Positions 57,845 to 64,000 of a DNA stretch of 64,000 bases are shown piece after piece. The notes under the pieces are model-generated. The model saw only the letters and a program-made list of their open reading frames with translations, ran no database searches and had not been told where the DNA came from. The number at the start of each line of letters is the position of its first letter. The stretch's first letter is position 1. A program made the translations under genes and the position numbers. Origin of the DNA: Agarilytica sp. (GTDB taxonomy: Bacteria > Pseudomonadota > Gammaproteobacteria > Pseudomonadales > Cellvibrionaceae); NCBI GenBank assembly GCA_033852165.1, contig JAWSUZ010000004.1, positions 4,692 through 68,691 on the forward strand, in the 5' to 3' direction.

Positions 57845-58135
57845 ATGAAAAAAATTGTACAAATTTACAGAAGCAAGAAAAAAGAAGGTGCGTATATCTA
57901 CGTTGAAAAAGGTAAAGACCTGACGACCTTACCGGCGGCGCTGTTACAGCAAACCGGGAAGCTAGAGCTAGCGATGACGATAGCGCTGACGCCAGAAAAG
58001 AAGCTTGCCAATGCCAACGCAACAAACGTATTAGCTGGTATAGAAGAGAACGGTTTTTACTTGCAAATGCCACCGCTTCCTGAAGAATATATGCAGAAAA
58101 TACAAAACGATAAACTCTTCGACCAGCCAAAATAA
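57845..58135 (+). CDS. ycgL: YcgL domain protein
   Basis: IYRSKKK...YIYV, GFYLQMPP. Confidence 0.9.
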   Translation: MKKIVQIYRSKKKEGAYIYVEKGKDLTTLPAALLQQTGKLELAMTIALTPEKKLANANATNVLAGIEENGFYLQMPPLPEEYMQKIQNDKLFDQPK

Positions 58136-58136
58136 T

Positions 58137-58580
58137 ATGTCCGATATTGCATTTTGGAAGAAAAAAGAACTGCATGAAATGACTCGCGAAGAGTGGGAGT
58201 CATTATGTGATGGCTGTGCGAAGTGTTGTTTGCATAAGCTAGAAGACGAAGATACGGGCGAGGTTTACTACACCGATGTGTATTGCCAATATCTTGATCA
58301 TCATAATTGCTCGTGCGGCGATTATAAAAACCGAACGACTCTTGTGCCTAATTGCATTACATTGACGCCGAAAAATGTATTCGAGCATGATTGGTTACCG
58401 CAGACCTGTGCGTATAAATTATTGGCCGAGGGGAAAGGCCTTTATGACTGGCACCCGCTTGTGAGTGGAAACCCTGAAAGTGTGCATGAGTCCAGTATGT
58501 CGCTTCGTCATCGGGGGATCAGCGAAGAGCATGTACATCCTGATGATATGGAAGAACGTGTTATTCATTGGGTCGTCTGA
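58137..58580 (+). CDS. ycgN: YcgN-family cysteine cluster protein
   Basis: EWESLCDGCAKCCLHKLED, WLPQTCAY. Confidence 0.9.
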   Translation: MSDIAFWKKKELHEMTREEWESLCDGCAKCCLHKLEDEDTGEVYYTDVYCQYLDHHNCSCGDYKNRTTLVPNCITLTPKNVFEHDWLPQTCAYKLLAEGKGLYDWHPLVSGNPESVHESSMSLRHRGISEEHVHPDDMEERVIHWVV

Positions 58581-58589
58581 AGATTCCCT

Positions 58590-59255
58590 ATGAAAAATAT
58601 AGCGAGTAAAAGGTCTTACGGCATAAAAAAAATCGCCATACTTATTTGCTTAGCTGTTTTTGTTAGCTCGGTAGGCTGCGCTAGTTTACTCAAGCCGAAA
58701 CTAAAGCAACGCCTGGTCAATATTCAACCGGGCGACTATCAGCTCGACCCCAATCATTCAACGATATTGTTTAAAGTTGACCACATGGGGTTTTCAAAAT
58801 ACGTTGGCCGCTTTAATAAATTTGATGCCAGTTTATTTTTAGACCCGGTTAATATCGAAAATTCGCGTCTTGAAGCTATTGTGGATATGACCAGTGTAGA
58901 CGTGAACAATAAAAAATTTGAACGCGCGTTAAAAGGTCGATTTTGGTTTAATACTGAAGCGTATCCGCAGGGGATATTTAAGACCCTTTCAGCACGTAAA
59001 ATCGATGAAAACCACGTTATATTTCTGGGTGAATTAACTTTTTTGGGCGTGCCACAGCAAATAGAGCTACTGGTTTCGGTCAATGGTGCCGCTAACAACC
59101 TGTTAACCGGAAAGTACACCTTAGGTTTTTCAGCCTCGACTCAGTTTTCCCGTTCTGTATTTGGCTTGGATAAGTATGTCCCGGCTATTGGTGATGAGGT
59201 GGAACTGGAAATCCATGCGGAATTTCAAAAGAACAGTGAGAAGCACAGTGAATAA
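58590..59255 (+). CDS. YceI-family protein
   Basis: YQLDPNHSTILFKVDHMGFS..GRF, GDEVELEIHAEF. Confidence 0.9.
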   Translation: MKNIASKRSYGIKKIAILICLAVFVSSVGCASLLKPKLKQRLVNIQPGDYQLDPNHSTILFKVDHMGFSKYVGRFNKFDASLFLDPVNIENSRLEAIVDMTSVDVNNKKFERALKGRFWFNTEAYPQGIFKTLSARKIDENHVIFLGELTFLGVPQQIELLVSVNGAANNLLTGKYTLGFSASTQFSRSVFGLDKYVPAIGDEVELEIHAEFQKNSEKHSE

Positions 59256-59454
59256 TGATGAAGTAAATGAACTTCAATCTCGTTTGGCATTTCAAGAAGA
59301 TTTGTTGAATAGCTTGAATGCTCAAGTGGCTAGGCAAGGGCAGGATATTGCGAGTTTGCAGGCGCAGATTCAGCATGTTTACAAAAAAATGACTTCACAG
59401 GCGACGGGTACGGATGATAGTGCGGGTATTGATGAGCCGCCACCGCATTATTGA
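59248..59454 (+). CDS. slyX: SlyX family protein
   Basis: ELQSRLAFQEDLLNSLN...EPPPHY; start at GTG 59248. Confidence 0.9.
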   Translation: MNNDEVNELQSRLAFQEDLLNSLNAQVARQGQDIASLQAQIQHVYKKMTSQATGTDDSAGIDEPPPHY

Positions 59455-59582
59455 TGAGTCAGTATGAGAAACGGTATGTTCCCGCCTTTTGTTATCTCCT
59501 GTTTTTCATCCTGATAGCAAATATGACTTTTCGGTTCGAGCAGTTAGAATAGTCAGTCACTAGATTCGGTACAGATATCAGT

Positions 59583-59927
59583 ATGTTCACACACGAAGAA
59601 TACATTTGGGCTTGGATTGTCTATCTATTGGGCGCAGCGGTCTGCATGGCTGTTTTTTGGCATTTGACGCGAAAGATTGCCTGGCGTGAGGTGCGCGACG
59701 TTTTGCGGATTGGTGCTGGAGTCTTTATGCTTGTTCCCTGGTCTAGCAGTGAGGGAGGTGGATATCTATCGCCCGCTTGGATTGTCTGTATCCTTGAAGG
59801 AATGTTTGAAGGTCCTGGCGCATTTTGGCGTGCGGGAACCCCATTGATTATTGCTCTTATTGTGGCCCTTGCACTTTCGAGTGCTGTTTATCTCTTTCTT
59901 TGGCTTCGCGTTCGACGGGCGGCTTAA
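59583..59927 (+). CDS. Small membrane protein, hypothetical
   Basis: Three hydrophobic segments; YLSPAWIV motif. Confidence 0.7.
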   Translation: MFTHEEYIWAWIVYLLGAAVCMAVFWHLTRKIAWREVRDVLRIGAGVFMLVPWSSSEGGGYLSPAWIVCILEGMFEGPGAFWRAGTPLIIALIVALALSSAVYLFLWLRVRRAA

Positions 59928-60141
59928 TTTTTCTGGCCTACGCTCTGTTTTAGACCGGCTCTAGTCGATTTTGACTGAGATGCCTAAGCTCCATAAGGAA
60001 TTAAACGTCTCTATTTTCGGCAAAAACGGCCTAAAGCTGCTATAACTATCTAATAATAATGGCTTTTATTCCTGTTTGATTACCGATCAGCTCTGTTAAA
60101 TTAAGCCACACCATAAACCGCTCTTAGAAAGTCTGGGGATT

Positions 60142-62589
60142 TTGAAGCGTAACGCCCAAATGATGTTCAAGCGTCAATTATTGTTCAGTGTATTCCTTGT
60201 GATTTGCTGCCTTCCCTCTGTGAGTGTTGGTCAAGCAGACAGACTTGTGCTGCCTCCCGATGTACGGTTAGTGATTGATGTTTCCGGCAGCATGAAGCTT
60301 AACGATCCCAAAAACCTACGCCAGCCCGCTGTTGATCTCTTAGTTCAGCTTTTACCCGAAGGGAGTAAATCGGGTATTTGGACCTTTGGCCGTTGGGTCA
60401 ATATGTTGGTCAAGCATCAAAAGGTGGATGATGCATGGCGTGAGGGCGCTGATTCTAAATCGGATCAAATAAATTCCTTAGGTTTGTTTACCAACATCGG
60501 GGACGCGCTAGAAAAAGCGGCATACGGAATCAATCCTACCAACAATAAATATCGTAGCAGTATTATTTTACTGACGGACGGTATGGTCGACATTAGTAAA
60601 GATAGGGGCGTGAACCGACGTGAATGGCGTCGTATTGTGGATGAGGTTTTACCTCGCTTGGAAGACGCGGGCGTTGTCATTCACACCATCGCGTTATCGG
60701 ACAATGCCGATATTGATCTTCTTAATAAACTTTCACTCAGTACCGATGGAATATCAGCTGTAGCCCACTCAGCTGATGACTTGATGCGTATTTTCCTTAA
60801 GGCGTTTGACGCATCGGCTCCAATGGAGCAAGTTCCCCTTTCTGAAGAAGGTTTTTTGATTGATGCCAGCGTGGAGGAATTCACCGCACTGATTTTCAGA
60901 AAGAATAAGAAAGAGTTGACGCAATTAGTCGGCCCAGATCAGCAAGTGATGACGGCAAAAAGCTCATCCAAATATATAAAATGGTATAGGGCAGCTAAAT
61001 ACGACTTGATAACGGTGAAACAGCCTTTGCAAGGGCGTTGGCAGGTGCTGGCTGAAATGGACCCGGATAGCCGTATTACGGTGGTCAGCAATCTGAATTT
61101 ACGTGTAAGTGCTTTGCCAAACAATATCTTAAAGGGGCAGCAAGAAAGCGTATCGCTTGTGCTACAGGAAGACGGAGCGACCATTGCGCGCGAAGAATTT
61201 TTGTCGCTTATGGATATTTCCGCAGAGTTAATTGGTGGTAAGGACGAATTTGATTTACGAGAGCTTTGGAGTCAAACCCTAGAAACTACCTATCCGCCGA
61301 CTAATGGTGTTTTTGACTTTGAACTGCCTACATTTAATAAAGAAGGTATTTATCAGCTCACCATTACCGTAGATGGAAAGAGTTTTATCCGAGAATTTTC
61401 CCATCAATTTACAACGCGCCAACCCTTTTCGGCTGACCTTAAAGAAGATGTTAGAGGCGGTCAAACGTCCTACACATTGACTGCGCGTGTATTTGATACG
61501 GATGTCGTGGTTAACGATACAAAAATCGTTGCAACAATCATATCTCCTAATGGTCGGAAAAAAATTAGACCCTTAAGGGCTTCAGGCCTGGACACGTGGA
61601 AAACGACTATTCGCCCTCAATCAGAGGGTGAATATATCGCAAAGATAAAAATACGTGGGAAAAATGAGGACGGAGGGGATTTTGAGCAGAATATTGATCC
61701 TATTCGATTCAATTATTCTATCGATCAAGGCTTTATAGAAGAGGAAGAGCCCTTCTTTGAGGAAGAAGAGCCCGAACCGGAACCGACTGAAGAGCCTGCT
61801 CCTACTCCAGAGCCTGTAGAAGAGGACGAGAAAAATGAAGATGAGGTCGGGTCGGAAAAGCCTCAAGAGGAAATGCCTGGCTGGTTATTATATTCCGTAT
61901 TGGGGTTATCCAATGTATTGCTATTTGGCCTGGGCTTTATGTTGTTCAGAAAAATATTACGTGGCGGAAATAATGAGGAAATTCTCGATCAGTTTTCGGA
62001 AGCCAACGTTGAGCAAGAGGTAGAAGAAGCGGCAAAGGCAGAGGCCGAAGATGAGTTAGAAGAAGAGCCGCCAATGGAAGATATCGATCCGGTGGTAGAT
62101 GACATAGACCCGGAACCGGAGCCTGTACGTGAAGTAACGGAAACATTCGATGAGTTGGGTGAGGATGACTTAGATCCTGAAGGCGAAATGGAAATGCCGA
62201 TGGACGATGATTTAATGGCTGACGTAGAAGAGGTTGTTGAAGTTCCAGATCCAGATCCAGGTCCAGACCCAGAGCCGTCTGCAGAAACTGAAGTCATTGA
62301 AATGCCCATGGAAGAAGCAGGAGTTGAAACCCCTGTGGAGGAAGAAGACTCCATGGACGCTTTGGATGACCTTGATCAAATGGCTGTGGATGCAGAAGAG
62401 GCCAGCGAAGCGCCAGTCGAAGAGGAAGAGGAAGAAGAGGAGGAGGAAGATATGGTCTCCGCTATGCTCAAAGCACAAGGTTTAGATTTGGCAGAGGATG
62501 AGCTGGATGATGCGATTTCATCGTTGATAGATGAACTTGAAAATGACGATAGTTTTGAAGATCTAGGGGAAGAACCACCGGAGAAATAG
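60142..62589 (+). CDS. VWA-domain membrane-anchored protein with very acidic cytoplasmic tail
   Basis: Signal peptide; MIDAS-like DVSGSM, LLTDG; beta-rich domains; one TM (WLLYSVLGLSNVLLFGLGFMLF); about 190-aa D/E-rich tail. Start may be ATG 60160. Confidence 0.8.
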   Translation: MKRNAQMMFKRQLLFSVFLVICCLPSVSVGQADRLVLPPDVRLVIDVSGSMKLNDPKNLRQPAVDLLVQLLPEGSKSGIWTFGRWVNMLVKHQKVDDAWREGADSKSDQINSLGLFTNIGDALEKAAYGINPTNNKYRSSIILLTDGMVDISKDRGVNRREWRRIVDEVLPRLEDAGVVIHTIALSDNADIDLLNKLSLSTDGISAVAHSADDLMRIFLKAFDASAPMEQVPLSEEGFLIDASVEEFTALIFRKNKKELTQLVGPDQQVMTAKSSSKYIKWYRAAKYDLITVKQPLQGRWQVLAEMDPDSRITVVSNLNLRVSALPNNILKGQQESVSLVLQEDGATIAREEFLSLMDISAELIGGKDEFDLRELWSQTLETTYPPTNGVFDFELPTFNKEGIYQLTITVDGKSFIREFSHQFTTRQPFSADLKEDVRGGQTSYTLTARVFDTDVVVNDTKIVATIISPNGRKKIRPLRASGLDTWKTTIRPQSEGEYIAKIKIRGKNEDGGDFEQNIDPIRFNYSIDQGFIEEEEPFFEEEEPEPEPTEEPAPTPEPVEEDEKNEDEVGSEKPQEEMPGWLLYSVLGLSNVLLFGLGFMLFRKILRGGNNEEILDQFSEANVEQEVEEAAKAEAEDELEEEPPMEDIDPVVDDIDPEPEPVREVTETFDELGEDDLDPEGEMEMPMDDDLMADVEEVVEVPDPDPGPDPEPSAETEVIEMPMEEAGVETPVEEEDSMDALDDLDQMAVDAEEASEAPVEEEEEEEEEEDMVSAMLKAQGLDLAEDELDDAISSLIDELENDDSFEDLGEEPPEK

Positions 62590-62624
62590 GAGGCGCTTTT
62601 TGTCGAGAGCCTGTGTTCGCCCTC

Positions 62625-64000
62625 CTAACGCGCTAAATACTCAGTTAAGCCTTGCTGTTGATCAGAGGATAATCTTAGACCTAAATACGTTCTTCTCCAT
62701 AGAATATCTTCAGCCGTCTCGGCCCATTCATTTTTTCTTAAATAGTCAACTTCTCGTTGATATAGACCTTCTCCAAAATGCAGTCCCATATCGTGCTGTG
62801 AATCACAATTGTTGAGAATCTGGATGGCGTTTGTGCCGTAAGTGAGGACTAAACGACTTACTGTTTCGTGATCTAAAAAACCGTAATGACGAATGAGCTG
62901 CTGGAAAACATACTCAATTGTTCTATCTTCAAAATTCCCGCCCGGCAACGCTTCATTTATATATGCTGGATTTCGTTTGGCATTGGTAAAGACTTCTAGA
63001 ATATCTAAAGCCTGCTCAGCAATTTTTCGAAACTGAACTAAATTATTACCAAATAAGTTGAGCAGGGGCGCGGCATTGCCTGGATTATTTAAATCGAGCA
63101 GGGTGGTGTTGGTTGAGGCTAACTTCTGAATGCTGGGATCTTCAGCCATCGGATGAGATGACCATTGGTAATGGATAATATCTTCTTTTTTGAGTGCTTT
63201 GTGGGTGTTTTGATTCCAGAGTAATAAAAGCTCGTTAATCGCTCGTTCTTTATCTTTTTCGTCGTCGCTATCCGAAATTATAGGGCCGATGCAAAGGTGT
63301 CGATTATCAAAATTTTGAGCGTAGACGAGAGATCTATTTTCTCTCTGGAATACAGCAGCCGAACGCCAATTTTGTTTGTAACTGACGTAGATATAAACGG
63401 AGTTTAAGCGCGCAGCTGAGCTACGACTGTGGACGCCTAATACGTCTTTTAACAGATCGTTTGAATGGCAGCCGGTGCAGTTAATCAATATGTTGGCTTG
63501 GTAAGTGACTCGCTGTTTGGATTGTTGATCTTCTACCTTAAGGCCCCAAGTTCCATGTCCGCGTTCCGCGTGAATCAATTTGTGGTGGTTTAAAGTCTGT
63601 GAATTTTCGTCTTTGTGTAATTGCTGGACTAATGCAATCACAATGCGTGTGTAGTTAATGGAATATTCACGTACTGGCGTTTTTGAAAGCGCTTCGCCCC
63701 TGAAACTATGCTGCAGAAGAGAACCTTCGGTTTCGGTTGTCGCTACAGTGTCACCGGCCTCTTCCAAGTCAGTAGTTTTGAGCTTCTGAAGACGATTATA
63801 GATCTTGGCTCCAATGTGAACTTTTTTTGCAGATCGTAACTGCAGAGCTTGGACAATATACGCATTAATAGGCCGGACTAAATGCGGCGCTTTTTGATAT
63901 AGCGCATCCAAAGCGTCTCGGTTTGCGATTACATCGGGAAATTGTAAGTTTTCCAAAAGGTTTAGGCCCGCACCCACTACATCTGCTGGCGAGCACGACG
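62625..64000 (-). CDS. Divergent GlpD (glycerol-3-phosphate dehydrogenase)-like protein; 5'-partial
   Basis: C-terminal LHFGEGLYQREVDYL..EWA..AEDILWRRT.LGL. The frame is open to the window edge. Confidence 0.75.
   Translation of the reverse strand, partial: SCSPADVVGAGLNLLENLQFPDVIANRDALDALYQKAPHLVRPINAYIVQALQLRSAKKVHIGAKIYNRLQKLKTTDLEEAGDTVATTETEGSLLQHSFRGEALSKTPVREYSINYTRIVIALVQQLHKDENSQTLNHHKLIHAERGHGTWGLKVEDQQSKQRVTYQANILINCTGCHSNDLLKDVLGVHSRSSAARLNSVYIYVSYKQNWRSAAVFQRENRSLVYAQNFDNRHLCIGPIISDSDDEKDKERAINELLLLWNQNTHKALKKEDIIHYQWSSHPMAEDPSIQKLASTNTTLLDLNNPGNAAPLLNLFGNNLVQFRKIAEQALDILEVFTNAKRNPAYINEALPGGNFEDRTIEYVFQQLIRHYGFLDHETVSRLVLTYGTNAIQILNNCDSQHDMGLHFGEGLYQREVDYLRKNEWAETAEDILWRRTYLGLRLSSDQQQGLTEYLAR

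Overview
64 kb of a marine-type gammaproteobacterial chromosome (Cellvibrionales-like by gene content; this is inference). The main theme is polyhydroxybutyrate (PHB). (i) A >=959-aa secreted PHB depolymerase at 1-2879 (-) is absent from the ORF track because it runs off the left edge. It carries TWO complete catalytic domains: SP-CD1-FN3-SBD-(G3S)n-CD2-FN3-(TP)16-SBD. (ii) An 18-kb locus (31-49 kb) joins PHB scavenging and PHB synthesis: TonB-dependent receptor, GntP-type 3-hydroxybutyrate permease, lipoprotein 3HB-oligomer hydrolase 3 nt upstream of a CrbS/MxtR-type SLC5-STAC hybrid kinase, CrbR/ErdR-type regulator, LysR, bdhA, phaC, phaR, two phasins and phaB. TAGAC-N4-GTCTA-type boxes upstream of the depolymerase and over a phasin promoter may tie these parts into one regulon. 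Other notable items: a complete -1 programmed frameshift cassette in dnaX; an orphan ORF resembling the C-lobe of a CdnE-type CD-NTase; a Fur-boxed porin/FMN-binding/PepSY cluster; an apparently decaying RpoE-ChrR regulon; a fused MNT-HEPN gene; REP-like hairpins; two heptamer VNTRs. The rest is housekeeping (gcvP, nrdAB with DnaA/NrdR boxes, argDF, grxD, cnoX, serC/serA, ffs, dnaX-ybaB-recR-rnd, slyX). No tRNA, rRNA, CRISPR array or transposase was seen. All family assignments come from motif recognition by eye; no database searches were run.
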